Below, one piece after another: positions 18,263-28,461 of a stretch of DNA of 47,461 bases. This DNA is from a virus. The notes beneath the pieces were generated by a model that saw only the letters and a list, made by a program, of their open reading frames with translations, was not told the origin of the DNA and did no database searches. The stretch lies in the UHGV virus genome UHGV-0210064. The stretch is one strand, 5' to 3'. The position numbers and the translations under genes were made by a program. Position 1 is the first letter of the stretch. Each line of letters opens with the position of its first letter.

Positions 18263-18745
18263 ATGGCAGGTTTTCAGACACGAATTAACCAGTATCCGGC
18301 CCCCGGCGTCGAAGGGGCCTTTGCTGGCACCAACCCTCACGCGACCTATCAGGCTGGCGAGGGCGCTCTGGTTGCTGGCGAGGATGGCCTGACTGTCGGC
18401 CGCTTCGCCTGGGACGTTGACGGTGTGGCTTCCAATGCCGGTAGCGGTGTTCCGTCTGGCTTTGTCCATCGTGATGGTCAGGCCTCGATCACCGTTTGGC
18501 TGGGTCAGGCATCCATGCTTATCCAGCCCGGCCGCGAAATCACCCTGATGGTAGCCGGTGACTTCTGGGCCAAAACGTCAACCGCTGCCACCCGGGGGCA
18601 GAAGGTTTTTGCATCCCTGACCACCGGTGAGGTGCAAGTCGCCGCAGCCGGCGCAACCGTGGCCGGTTTTATCGAGACCGCATTCTATGCCGCAAGCGAT
18701 TGTGACGCTGGCGAGCTGGTCAAAATCAGCACCTGGAGCAAGTAA
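18263..18745 (+). CDS. head decoration or minor head protein (DUF2190-like)
   Basis: 160-aa Gly/Ala-rich product immediately upstream of the major capsid gene. Confidence 0.4.
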   Translation: MAGFQTRINQYPAPGVEGAFAGTNPHATYQAGEGALVAGEDGLTVGRFAWDVDGVASNAGSGVPSGFVHRDGQASITVWLGQASMLIQPGREITLMVAGDFWAKTSTAATRGQKVFASLTTGEVQVAAAGATVAGFIETAFYAASDCDAGELVKISTWSK

Positions 18746-19782
18746 TGAACGAATTTCAGCGACACTACGCCGCAGCCAGCGGGAAATATGGCATTGTGCT
18801 GCCCGGCGCGAAGGACTACCTGAAGCCGGAGTTTGCGGAGAATTTCGCGCTGGCGATGGATGCCCAGCCGCAAATGGTTACTGCGAATAACGCCGGTATC
18901 CCGGCCTACTTCACTAACTACGTCGATCCGGAACTTATTCGCGTTCTCGTAACGCCGATGAAGGCCGCCGAGATTATCGGTGAAGTGAAAAAAGGCGACT
19001 GGACGACGCTGACCTCGCAGTTCCCGATCGTCGAGTCGACTGGTGAAACCAGCGCTTACGGCGACTTCAACAACAACGGCATGACGTCCGCCAACGTCAA
19101 CTGGGTACCGCGCCAGTCGTTCCATTATCAGACTCACACCCGCTGGGGTGAGCGCGAGCTGGACATGTACGGCGCCGGGCGTATCGGCTATGCCGCCGAG
19201 CTTAACGTGGCCTCTGCGCTTGTGCTGAACAAATTCCAGAACAAGTCCTACTTCTACGGCATCGCCGGGCTGGAAAACTACGGCCTGCTCAACGATCCGT
19301 CTTTGAGCGCTCCGGTGACGCCGGCGGCGACTGGTTCCGGCGGTGGCGTTACCTGGGCAACTAAAGACGGGCAAGCTGTATATGACGACATCTCCGGCCG
19401 TCTCTATAAGCAGCTGGTCTCTCAGACCAAAGGCCTCGTAGAGCGCACCGATCGCATGGTGCTCGGCATGTCGCCGGAAATGGAAGTCAACCTGACCAAG
19501 ACGAACCAGTACAACGTGAACGTCACCGATCAGCTGAAGAAAAACTTCCCGAACATGCGTATCGAAACCGCTGTTGAATACAGCACCGACGCAGGCGAGC
19601 TTGTGCAGCTGATTGTTGAGCGTCTGGGTGAGCAGGACACCGCTTACGCAGCGTTCACCGAGAAGATGCGCGCCCACGCTGTCGTGGTGGAAGAGTCTTC
19701 CTGGCGGCAGAAAAAATCCGGTGGCACCTGGGGTGCAATCATTCGTCAACCGCTGGGCATTGCCAGCATGATTGGGGTGTAA
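18745..19782 (+). CDS. major capsid protein (DUF2184-type HK97 fold)
   Basis: 345 aa. Position and composition fit a major capsid protein. Confidence 0.7.
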   Translation: MNEFQRHYAAASGKYGIVLPGAKDYLKPEFAENFALAMDAQPQMVTANNAGIPAYFTNYVDPELIRVLVTPMKAAEIIGEVKKGDWTTLTSQFPIVESTGETSAYGDFNNNGMTSANVNWVPRQSFHYQTHTRWGERELDMYGAGRIGYAAELNVASALVLNKFQNKSYFYGIAGLENYGLLNDPSLSAPVTPAATGSGGGVTWATKDGQAVYDDISGRLYKQLVSQTKGLVERTDRMVLGMSPEMEVNLTKTNQYNVNVTDQLKKNFPNMRIETAVEYSTDAGELVQLIVERLGEQDTAYAAFTEKMRAHAVVVEESSWRQKKSGGTWGAIIRQPLGIASMIGV

Positions 19783-19783
19783 C

Positions 19784-20110
19784 ATGGCCGAAACAGTAAC
19801 TGTAGGATGCAAACTGCCGAACGGCCTGATCCTGGAGCAGGGCGGGTACAAAGTGGAGCTTAACGGCTCCAACTCCTCTCTCGTTTTCGGCGGCTACGGC
19901 CTGACCGAAAACGTGGACAAGGAAGCCTTTGAGGCGTGGCTGGCAGTACATGCTGATCAGCCCTACGTTCGCAAAGAGCTGGTGTTTGCCCAGGCGAAAA
20001 CCAGCAGCGCCCAGGCGAAAGCGAATGAAAACGCTTCGGAGAAAACCGGTCTGGAAGGTCTGGATCAGAACAACCCGGCCCCGGGCATTGAGAAGGCGGA
20101 CAAAAAATAA
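19784..20110 (+). CDS. hypothetical head-associated protein
   Basis: ATG at 19784 lies just after the capsid gene stop. Confidence 0.4.
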   Translation: MAETVTVGCKLPNGLILEQGGYKVELNGSNSSLVFGGYGLTENVDKEAFEAWLAVHADQPYVRKELVFAQAKTSSAQAKANENASEKTGLEGLDQNNPAPGIEKADKK

Positions 20111-20553
20111 TGGCGATCGTTGTCTTTGATGTTGCCGCATTTCATGAGCGTTATCCGGAGTTCGATGCCGTAAGTGAAACGCTGCTTAATGCGTACTTCA
20201 CGGAGGCAACGATTTACCTTGATAACACGGACCGCAGCCTGGTTGCGGATGTTGCTGTCCGTGCCGTCTTCTTAAATATGCTGGTTGCTCACATCGCGGC
20301 TTTGAATTCAGGCGTAAACGGCGAGAAGGCGTCTGGTCTGGTAGGTCGGGTGGCAAGCGCATCAGAGGGGTCTGTATCGGTTTCGACTGATGCGGGTCCT
20401 TCCAGTGCGTCATCGTGGTGGTATCTCCAGACGCCATACGGCGCTGCTTACTGGCAAGCTACGGCCCCTTATCGCACAGTGCGATATGTCCCTGGCTCAT
20501 CCCCTTCAATGTACCCGGGCCATTATAACCGTCGTTCATTCATCCGGAGGTAG
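20110..20553 (+). CDS. head-tail connector/adaptor (DUF4054-like)
   Basis: Position and size (147 aa). Confidence 0.45.
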   Translation: MAIVVFDVAAFHERYPEFDAVSETLLNAYFTEATIYLDNTDRSLVADVAVRAVFLNMLVAHIAALNSGVNGEKASGLVGRVASASEGSVSVSTDAGPSSASSWWYLQTPYGAAYWQATAPYRTVRYVPGSSPSMYPGHYNRRSFIRR

Positions 20554-20555
20554 CT

Positions 20556-21119
20556 ATGGATGGAATGTCAGGCGGCGATAAGCTGATGGAGCATCTGCAG
20601 TCTATCGCAAAGGGGCTGTCCTCTGGAGATGATTTGAAGGTGGGGTTCCTTGAGGGGGCTAAGTACCCAGATGGGACGCCGGTAGCACTTGTGGCAGCCA
20701 CTAACGAATTTGGCGGCACTGTAAAAATCCCGGCGCATACCAGGGATTTGAACTTTTACGTTCGCCGTGACGGCGTTTCGCGCTTCGCAAAGCCATCAAA
20801 GGCCAATTTCGCGCAGTCAGTAATGATACCCGAGCATATCGTTACGATCCCATCCCGGCCGTACTTCAGGAAGACTATTTCTGAACATGGTCCGGAGTGG
20901 GGCGGAGAGCTCGGGAAACTCATGAAGGCAAACGATTTTGACGCCAGTAAAAGCCTGGCGCTGATGGGGGAGCGGATCAAGGGGCAGATTCAGTCGTCAA
21001 TCATCGCCTTTTCTGAGCCGCCGAACGCAAAAAGCACGGTCGATAAAAAAGGGTTTAATGACCCGTTAATCGACTCGGCCCACATGCTGAACTCGGTCGA
21101 CTACGAGGTGAAAGAGTGA
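20556..21119 (+). CDS. head-tail joining / tail completion protein (HK97 gp10-like)
   Basis: Position only. Confidence 0.4.
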   Translation: MDGMSGGDKLMEHLQSIAKGLSSGDDLKVGFLEGAKYPDGTPVALVAATNEFGGTVKIPAHTRDLNFYVRRDGVSRFAKPSKANFAQSVMIPEHIVTIPSRPYFRKTISEHGPEWGGELGKLMKANDFDASKSLALMGERIKGQIQSSIIAFSEPPNAKSTVDKKGFNDPLIDSAHMLNSVDYEVKE

Positions 21120-21484
21120 ATCTTCATTCCATAGTGCGAGGCGCCATTAGTGCGGTTAATCCTCGCGTCGAGGCGCAGATTTACCGCTCGATCGGACCAA
21201 TCAAAAACCCGGATTACTCGACCTCTCCGGGCTTCGCGCCGCCGGTAACGATGATGGTGCAAAAGCAGGCGCTGAGTCAGGCTGATATCAGGCACATGGA
21301 TAACATGAACATCCAGGGTGTGCTGGTCAGTATCTGGACGGATGGCAACTGGTGCGGGATTAACAGAGATCGGCAGCAGGGCGGCGATAAGTTCGTTATC
21401 GGCAATGAAACATGGCTGGTTGTGGATGTGCCTGAAATCTGGCCGGACTGGACGAGGGTTATCGCATGTCAACAATTGACGTAG
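21116..21484 (+). CDS. hypothetical tail-associated protein
   Basis: Translationally coupled to its neighbours. Confidence 0.35.
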   Translation: MNLHSIVRGAISAVNPRVEAQIYRSIGPIKNPDYSTSPGFAPPVTMMVQKQALSQADIRHMDNMNIQGVLVSIWTDGNWCGINRDRQQGGDKFVIGNETWLVVDVPEIWPDWTRVIACQQLT

Positions 21485-22017
21485 GCCTGCAGGTCACTGA
21501 AAGCGATCTGTTTAAGGCGACTGGCGATTTCCTTTCTGTCCTCTTCCCGGAGGCAGAGATCACGCAGACTCAGCAAAATCAGACCCCCATGCCGAAAGGC
21601 GGCTTCATTACTATGACGCCGCTTTTTCTGACGGACCTCTCAACCAGTGCTGTCAATTACGAGTATGACGGCGTTAGCGATTACGGGCGGGCAGAACTTC
21701 GCCGCGTTGATGAATGGCAATGTCAGCTCGATTTCTACGGAGATCAGGCGCAAAACAATGCCACCATCTTTTCGCGCATCGCCCGCTCCGAATTCGCATG
21801 CACCTGGTTCAGAGAAAACGCAAATGTCCTGGTGCCGCTATATTCCGGCCCCCCGCGGCAAACCTCGATGATCAACGGCGAGAAACAGTGGGAATCCCGC
21901 TGGACGCTTGAATTCCACGCAAACCCGCTGATTGTCGTCAGCGTTCCTCAGCAGTTTATGACAGGCGCAGATGTGATATCTCAGCCGGTCGACGTGAGAT
22001 TTCCTCCGGAGAAATAA
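21466..22017 (+). CDS. hypothetical tail-associated protein (possible tail terminator)
   Basis: Position is just before the sheath gene. Confidence 0.35.
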   Translation: MSTIDVGLQVTESDLFKATGDFLSVLFPEAEITQTQQNQTPMPKGGFITMTPLFLTDLSTSAVNYEYDGVSDYGRAELRRVDEWQCQLDFYGDQAQNNATIFSRIARSEFACTWFRENANVLVPLYSGPPRQTSMINGEKQWESRWTLEFHANPLIVVSVPQQFMTGADVISQPVDVRFPPEK

Positions 22018-22020
22018 TAA

Positions 22021-23502
22021 ATGGCAATTTCGCTATCAAAAATCGCCCAGATGCTTCCCGGCGTACTGAAGGCGACAGGGACAGCTATTGATCTCAATGG
22101 CCTGTTCCTGACCGACAGCGCATACGCGCCGGTTGGTGCAGTACCCTCATTTTCCAGTGCGGATGAGGTAAAGGCGTACTTCGGCAGCGCGTCGATTGAG
22201 TACACCGCCGCGGTGCTGTATTTCGCCGCTTTCACCGGTAAAACGCAGATGCCTGGCAAGCTGTATTTTAGCCGATTCAATACCGCAGCAGTGGCGGCAT
22301 TCCTTCGTTCTGGATCGCACGCCGCGACCACGCTGGCACAGCTCAAGTTGCTTTCTGGTACGCTGACTCTGACCGTTGACGGCACGGAGGAGACTTCTGC
22401 GGCTATCAACCTCAGCGGCGCGACCAGTTTTGATAACGCGGCAGAGCTGATTGAAACCGGCATTGGCTCCTCGGTTGTAGTGACCTGGGATAGCGTGCTG
22501 AAGAAATTCATCATCACCTCTGCCACCACAGGCGTGGATAGCACCATTACCTTTGCCGATGAAGGTACGCTGGCCACAGGTCTTAAACTGACCGAAGCGA
22601 CCGGCGCGGTGATCTCTCAGGGTGCGGCGCCGGCAGTGGTTGACGATATCTTTACTGCCATTCTGGCCAAAGAGCAGGACTGGGTAACATTCTCCACGAC
22701 ATTCGCTGTCACCAAAGACCAGGCTAATGCGTTTGCGCTCTGGACAAACAGCCAGAACCACCGCTTTGCCTATGTCCCATGGGACGCATCAGGAACGGCA
22801 ATCGTGGCGGGCAGCTCGAATGCACTGGTGTACGACATCATCAACACCTACGCCTATAACGATACCTGCCCGGTGTATGGTTATCCGAACCACGCAGCAA
22901 ACGCTATGGGGTTTGTGGCTGCGCTGAACTTCACGCAGGCCAATGGGCGCTGTTCTCTGAATGGTCGTCAGGTGTCCGGCCTGCTGCCGATGATCAGTAA
23001 CGATACTGATTACGAGGCGGCCAAGGCCAACGGCTATAACTTCTACGGCAACTATGCCTCGAATGCCGTCGAAACCAACCAGTGGGCGCCCGGCTCTATT
23101 ACCGGTGATTATGCGTGGCTTGACGCATGGGCTGGTCAGGTATGGGTAAATGCTCAGCTTCAGGCGGCTCTCGTTGCGCTGTTCCAGCAGGCGAGCAATC
23201 TGCCCTACGCAGCAGCCGGAAAAGCTCGCATTGAGTCGTGCATGAAGCCGACCATTGAGCAATTCAGGGCGTGGGGTGGCATGACGGCGGGCACCGATCT
23301 TGACCAGTCGCAGATCGACCAGATTAACGCCATCGCTGGCGTCGATGTTACGGATTCGCTTATGGCTGAAGGGTATTACGTCTACATCGGCCCGTTCACC
23401 GCGGCAATGCGCGCCGCGCGTACCAAGCCAACGGTTTACTTCTGGTACACCGACGGCGGGATCATCCAGGGTATCACCGTTAACAGCGTGGAGGTGCAGT
23501 AA
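22021..23502 (+). CDS. tail sheath protein (DUF3383-like)
   Basis: 493 aa. Followed by tube and chaperone genes, a tape measure protein and baseplate genes, i.e. a contractile tail. Confidence 0.65.
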   Translation: MAISLSKIAQMLPGVLKATGTAIDLNGLFLTDSAYAPVGAVPSFSSADEVKAYFGSASIEYTAAVLYFAAFTGKTQMPGKLYFSRFNTAAVAAFLRSGSHAATTLAQLKLLSGTLTLTVDGTEETSAAINLSGATSFDNAAELIETGIGSSVVVTWDSVLKKFIITSATTGVDSTITFADEGTLATGLKLTEATGAVISQGAAPAVVDDIFTAILAKEQDWVTFSTTFAVTKDQANAFALWTNSQNHRFAYVPWDASGTAIVAGSSNALVYDIINTYAYNDTCPVYGYPNHAANAMGFVAALNFTQANGRCSLNGRQVSGLLPMISNDTDYEAAKANGYNFYGNYASNAVETNQWAPGSITGDYAWLDAWAGQVWVNAQLQAALVALFQQASNLPYAAAGKARIESCMKPTIEQFRAWGGMTAGTDLDQSQIDQINAIAGVDVTDSLMAEGYYVYIGPFTAAMRAARTKPTVYFWYTDGGIIQGITVNSVEVQ

Positions 23503-23945
23503 TGGCCGGTCAAAATATTACGTCGGCAGACGCCATCATTGAGCTGGTAATTCCTGAGCTCTATCCATCCGGATTTAACCTTGAACAGTTCGAAGCGCAA
23601 AACATCTTCGAAATGGGTGATACCGACATGGCCGAGTACCAGCGTACTGCTGACGGGAAGCTACTTGCCGGTTTTGTTTATGGTGATTTTCCATGGACTT
23701 TCCATCTGGCGCCATCATCCCCATCAATAAAGTACATTAACGCTTGGCAAACTACACAGATAACCACGCGATCTGTGTTACGTGCCTATGGAACAGTGAT
23801 ACTTCCTTCTCTGGGAGAAAAGTACACCATGACTAATGGTGTATTGCAGCGCGCACGCCGCATGCCGTCTGCCGGCCGTGTGCTTCAGCCGGTAACTGGA
23901 CTCATCCAGTGGGAAACTGTCACCCCGCAAGAGTACTCAGCGTAA
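23502..23945 (+). CDS. tail tube protein
   Basis: 147 aa, directly after the sheath gene. Confidence 0.5.
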   Translation: MAGQNITSADAIIELVIPELYPSGFNLEQFEAQNIFEMGDTDMAEYQRTADGKLLAGFVYGDFPWTFHLAPSSPSIKYINAWQTTQITTRSVLRAYGTVILPSLGEKYTMTNGVLQRARRMPSAGRVLQPVTGLIQWETVTPQEYSA

Positions 23946-23951
23946 ACAATC

Positions 23952-23977
23952 AGCCCGGCTAAGCCCGGGCTTTTTTA
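23952..23977 (+). terminator. intrinsic terminator after the tube gene
   Basis: agcccgg-ctaagc-ccgggct followed by a T6 run. Confidence 0.6.
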
Positions 23978-24121
23978 TTCCTGCAATTCCCCGCGCTTCA
24001 CACGCGCACGTTATAATCCCGGAACCTTACAGAAAGCGATCCTGAGAACTGCCGTTAGTGCCGGCGGGCCTTCTGGGGCGGCTTTTCTGTGTGACAGGTT
24101 CGCTTTCTTAAGGTAATTCGC

Positions 24122-24652
24122 ATGAAATATCCAACCGTATCAGTAAACGGCGTCTCCGTTCGCGTCGACGATGAGGGACGTTATAGCCTTAATGATCTCC
24201 ATGCGGCCGCCGTGGCAAATGGGGAGGCTACAGAGTCCCAACGCCCAAGCGTATTCCTCAGGAGCGCCCAAATAAAACGCTTTATTAAAGCGCTTCAATC
24301 CAAAGCACTAAAAAGTGCTTCGGAACAAAATCAACCGCTTAAGGTGATAAAAGGCGGCTCTGAATCAGGAGCGTGGGGCGTAGAGCTACTTGCTATTCGC
24401 TACGCCGCCTGGATTAAGCCGGAGTTCGAAATTGAAGTGTATGAGGTATTTCGAACCGTTGTGCGTTTAGGGATCGGCGCGATGTCCAGGCTGAACAAAA
24501 TCGACCATATCATCAGCTCCGAAACCAAAGCGATTAGCCAGTGCGCCAGCCAGATGGCGAAGTGGGGCGTTGGCGGCCGCAAGAAATTGCTCCACGCAGC
24601 GCGCGAGCGGGTAGCTGATGAGGTGCAGATGTATTTGCCCGGTATTGTATGA
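24122..24652 (+). CDS. KilA-N domain protein (moron; possible antirepressor or Bro-like protein)
   Basis: N-terminal KilA-N/APSES-like motifs (VRVDDEGRYSLNDLH, GAWGVELLAIRYAAW). It is flanked by terminators. A TATAAT is present at 24012-24017. Confidence 0.65.
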   Translation: MKYPTVSVNGVSVRVDDEGRYSLNDLHAAAVANGEATESQRPSVFLRSAQIKRFIKALQSKALKSASEQNQPLKVIKGGSESGAWGVELLAIRYAAWIKPEFEIEVYEVFRTVVRLGIGAMSRLNKIDHIISSETKAISQCASQMAKWGVGGRKKLLHAARERVADEVQMYLPGIV

Positions 24653-24660
24653 ATGCAAAC

Positions 24661-24684
24661 GGCCCACTACGGTGGGCTTTTTTA
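24661..24684 (+). terminator. intrinsic terminator after the KilA-N gene
   Basis: gcccac-tacg-gtgggc followed by a T6 run. Confidence 0.6.
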
Positions 24685-24713
24685 TTGCCAGATAACTCAT
24701 TCAGGAAACAAAA

Positions 24714-25190
24714 ATGGCTCGTAAAAGCATCGTATTTACGGTTGAGGCAGATAACCGTGACAAGGGTAAGCAGTTCAAAATCACTGAAATGCCGGCGAGA
24801 AAGGCCGAAGAGTGGGCGATCCGCCTGGCGTGCGCTGTGATTGGCGCCGGGGTTACAGTTCCCGACAATATGATGGCGGCCATCGGTGCCGCGGTGGCTC
24901 CGGCCCCGGCCGAAGATAACGCAGAAGCACGCGAGCTGTACGAAAGCGTGATGGCCAGCGGTATGGCCGGTCTCGCTCAGTGGGGTATCACTTCACTGGC
25001 TAAAGTCCCGTTCGCGCAGTCGAAGCCTCTGCTTGATGAGTTGCTTGGCTGTGTGAAATTCCTCGGCGGCAGTGGTATCGAAACGGCGCTTGTTGACGAA
25101 GGGCAGATCGAAGAAATCAGCACCTGGTCGCGCCTGAAAATCGAAGCCTTCAAACTCCATATCGCTTTCTTAGCAGCCACCGCAAGTTAG
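24714..25190 (+). CDS. tail assembly chaperone
   Basis: Position between the tube and tape measure genes. A -1 frame is open across its 3' end (see findings). Confidence 0.5.
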   Translation: MARKSIVFTVEADNRDKGKQFKITEMPARKAEEWAIRLACAVIGAGVTVPDNMMAAIGAAVAPAPAEDNAEARELYESVMASGMAGLAQWGITSLAKVPFAQSKPLLDELLGCVKFLGGSGIETALVDEGQIEEISTWSRLKIEAFKLHIAFLAATAS

Positions 25191-25388
25191 AAATCCCCTT
25201 ATCCGTCCCGGAAGACTCAGATCGTGGCTTCATTCAGTACGAGAACGTGCCGCGCAGTATCGCCGCGGTGATCTCCGGGAAAATGGCGACACTCCACGAA
25301 CTGGACACGGTATACAGCGTCCAGGATATGTGGTGGCTGATTGAAATAATGACCGTGGATAACACCAACAGAGCCATAGCAGCGGAGA

Positions 25389-27311
25389 ATGATCATGGCA
25401 GCAACGGTAATTGATGCCCTCCTGGTAACGCTGGGCCTTGATACTTCTCAGTTCCGCAAAGGCCAGCAGGAAGTCAGTGACGACCTGAAAAAGCAGCGCG
25501 AAGACGCCAAAAACACCGCCAAGGAAATGGCGGAGCAGGGCAAGAAAGCCGCTTCGTTCTTCAGCAGCATAAAGACGGAATTGCTGGCACTGACTGGCGT
25601 TACCGTCACTGCCGGCGGCCTGATAAGCTTTGTGAAAAGCACCACTTCCGGCCTGATGGATTTATCGATCCAGTCGAAAGCACTGGGGCTATCGGCCCGT
25701 GAGCTTGACGGATGGTCAAAGTCAGCTGAGGCGGCAGGGAGTTCGGCTGAGAAGATAAGCGCTTCTCTGCAGGGGTTTCAGGGCGCCATACAGGGAGCGA
25801 GAGTCGGCGATTACAGTAGTTCTATTTTTGGTGGTCTGGCGCAATTAAATGCGCTGACGGGCCAGAATTTTGACGTGTGGGGACAGGACGCCAGTTCTCT
25901 GGCCAAAACATCCCTTGATGCGCTACGGAAAATCAGCGATCCAAACCTTCGCCGGCAGGTCGGGTTAAGTCTTGGATTTGATGATGCAACCTTGCAGCGT
26001 AATCAGGAAGGGAAATTCCTGCCTGACGTTGATCGCCTGACCAAAAGCTCCGGCATTACAGACGCCTCAACCAAGGGAGCAAAGGAATTTACAGCCGCAT
26101 GGGCGGAGCTGGGGCAAAACCTCGACACGGTAAAAAACCAGATTTACGTGGGTTTGATACCAACTATTCGCGATCTGAATGGTCTCCTCATTGAGTGGTC
26201 GTCTGGTAACGCAAAATCCTCTTCATTCTTCAAAGAGCTGAAGCGGGACATTAACGACATAACTGGTATTGACCTTGGTAGCTGGACGCTATCAGGCGAT
26301 CTTCGCAACCTCAAAGATAACTTTTCCATGCTCGGGAAAGTGCTTAACCACCTGGGTAATGCTTTAAACGAGCTCAATAACGGCAACTTCTCCAAGGCTG
26401 CCGATGAGTTTAAAAAGGCGTGGTACGGCACTGAAGACGGAAAGCCTACCGGTAATGATGCTCTACCTGGGGTCACGAGTAATTCTCAAAGTATTTACGA
26501 AAACGAAACGTATAAAAAATATAATGACCTCTTGAACAAGTATCTTCCTGAGTGGCTGGGGGGAACCCCCTCAGACAGAAAGAAGGATCAGGATGAGAAG
26601 TCTTACTGGGACACCACAAAGGCTCTGCTTTCTAAAATAGCAGATGCCATTGTCACCCCTGCCGGAGCTTCCTCTGCAGATCCAAATATCGGTGGCTATC
26701 AGCCAAACGTTCCGCTTAACGCACAGGCCGCTCGTCTTGGCGCTAAAGGAAAGGCTTTTCTTCAGGCAATGGCTGGCGAGTTCGGGGCGCTGGAAGGTAA
26801 ATATGGACTTCCCTCCGGCCTACTGTCTTCGGTAGCTGCTACTGAATCTGGAGGCGACCCCTACGCAGAATCACCAAAAGGAGCAAAAGGCCCATTCCAG
26901 TTTATGGATGGAACTGCCAGGGATTTGGGCTTGAAAGGCATGGATGTTTATGACCCCCATAAGTCAGCCGATGCCGCTGCAAGATACCTTCGCTATCTGC
27001 TGGACGCCACAGGTGGGGATCTGGAAAAGACCCTTGCTTCCTATAACTGGGGGCTCGGAAACGTCCAGAAGAAAGGCATGGATAACCTGCCGTCGGAAAC
27101 TCGCAATTACGTCCCTAAAGTCATGGCCGGGATGCGCCCTGGCGCCGGTATGGCCGTAGACCGTGCGATGCCAGGGCAGTCCGGTGCGACTTATCAGTTT
27201 TATGGCACCAAAATCACCACCCAGGCCCAGAACGTGGAACAGCTTACCAGCGACATCAAAAAGCACGGGGACAACCGTGTCATGCTTTTGGCTGGCTACT
27301 CAGGACAATAA
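25389..27311 (+). CDS. tape measure protein with C-terminal lytic transglycosylase (SLT) domain
   Basis: 640 aa, helical. C-terminal motifs ATESGGDP...GPFQFM...SYNWG. Confidence 0.8.
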   Translation: MIMAATVIDALLVTLGLDTSQFRKGQQEVSDDLKKQREDAKNTAKEMAEQGKKAASFFSSIKTELLALTGVTVTAGGLISFVKSTTSGLMDLSIQSKALGLSARELDGWSKSAEAAGSSAEKISASLQGFQGAIQGARVGDYSSSIFGGLAQLNALTGQNFDVWGQDASSLAKTSLDALRKISDPNLRRQVGLSLGFDDATLQRNQEGKFLPDVDRLTKSSGITDASTKGAKEFTAAWAELGQNLDTVKNQIYVGLIPTIRDLNGLLIEWSSGNAKSSSFFKELKRDINDITGIDLGSWTLSGDLRNLKDNFSMLGKVLNHLGNALNELNNGNFSKAADEFKKAWYGTEDGKPTGNDALPGVTSNSQSIYENETYKKYNDLLNKYLPEWLGGTPSDRKKDQDEKSYWDTTKALLSKIADAIVTPAGASSADPNIGGYQPNVPLNAQAARLGAKGKAFLQAMAGEFGALEGKYGLPSGLLSSVAATESGGDPYAESPKGAKGPFQFMDGTARDLGLKGMDVYDPHKSADAAARYLRYLLDATGGDLEKTLASYNWGLGNVQKKGMDNLPSETRNYVPKVMAGMRPGAGMAVDRAMPGQSGATYQFYGTKITTQAQNVEQLTSDIKKHGDNRVMLLAGYSGQ

Positions 27312-27314
27312 CTC

Positions 27315-28154
27315 ATGTCGTTTTCTCTGAATGTCTCGACAGTGCTTTCCGCCATTCAGGGAGGAAGCCTGTTATCCGTCCTTAACAGCGCCCTGTCGCC
27401 AACTTACCGGATCACCTATAACACCGTTGATGAGTCGCTTTTGACGGCTGCAGCCGGGCAGGAGGTTTTCTCTCCTTCCGGCTGGGTTAGTGTTGATCGC
27501 TATGGTGATGCGGCAGTGACTAAGGGGCCGGTAGAAAAGGGCCGGTACACGTCCTACAACAAAGTGAAACAGCCGTCTGAACTCAGGATCATTTTTGCCC
27601 TTGAGGGGTGGACGGCTTTTTCCGGGTCACTGCCTAACCTGACCAATTTCTCTCTGCTGAGCCGGAACAATTTCATTCAGAAACTGGATGAGATGAAAAA
27701 CACGGCCAGCACCTACAACATCGAGACGCCGGACACGGTGTATTACAGCTACGATCTGACCCACTTCGATTATTTTGTGGGGTCATATCGCGGGCAGACG
27801 TTGTTGATGGCGAACTGCACTTTCGAGGAGATCATGGATGGCGGGGAGGTCATGCTTTCAAATGCTGTGATTGAAGGGCCGCCGACCAGCAACGCGAAAA
27901 CCAACAATGGCGCCGCAGCATCAACGCAGGTGATCACCGGGGCAACGAAAGAGGTGACATTGAGCGAAGTTAAGAATGCCTGGTCAAGTGCAGATACAAC
28001 CTTATCAGACGCTCTCCAGACTACAGGGGCGGCGATTGTATCTAACGTTAACTCGGCGGCCGAGTCGGTATCTAAGGCGTGGGACAGCTCTTCTACTGCA
28101 GTTTCTAAGCAGATAAAAAGCACCGTCTCCGACTTTCTGGAAAAGGTGATGTGA
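27315..28154 (+). CDS. baseplate/tail protein (DNA circularization-like N-terminus)
   Basis: Position. Confidence 0.4.
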   Translation: MSFSLNVSTVLSAIQGGSLLSVLNSALSPTYRITYNTVDESLLTAAAGQEVFSPSGWVSVDRYGDAAVTKGPVEKGRYTSYNKVKQPSELRIIFALEGWTAFSGSLPNLTNFSLLSRNNFIQKLDEMKNTASTYNIETPDTVYYSYDLTHFDYFVGSYRGQTLLMANCTFEEIMDGGEVMLSNAVIEGPPTSNAKTNNGAAASTQVITGATKEVTLSEVKNAWSSADTTLSDALQTTGAAIVSNVNSAAESVSKAWDSSSTAVSKQIKSTVSDFLEKVM

Positions 28155-28155
28155 C

Positions 28156-28461
28156 ATGCAGGAAATTAGCTTATCACCGTCACTATCCCAAAAGGTGTAT
28201 GTCACGCTTGGCGGCCAGAACTGCGCTATCAAGTTGCATCAGCGCTCAACCGGTTTTTACGCCGATCTGTATGTCGATGACAAGCCGATATTTCAGGGCG
28301 TTCTCTGCCTGAACTGCGTTTACCTGGTTCGGTATAAATATCTGGGCTTCAGTGGCGATCTGGTTTTCGTTGACTCGAAAGGCACAGCCGACCCCTATTA
28401 CGACGAAATCGGCACCAGATTCAAGCTGTATTATGCGACGAGCAGTGAGGTAGGCAGATGA
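28156..28461 (+). CDS. hypothetical baseplate protein
   Basis: Position. Confidence 0.35.
   Translation: MQEISLSPSLSQKVYVTLGGQNCAIKLHQRSTGFYADLYVDDKPIFQGVLCLNCVYLVRYKYLGFSGDLVFVDSKGTADPYYDEIGTRFKLYYATSSEVGR

Noticed and set aside
18685-19872. 395-aa minus-strand ORF
   Set aside because: Antisense to the major capsid gene; a shadow ORF.
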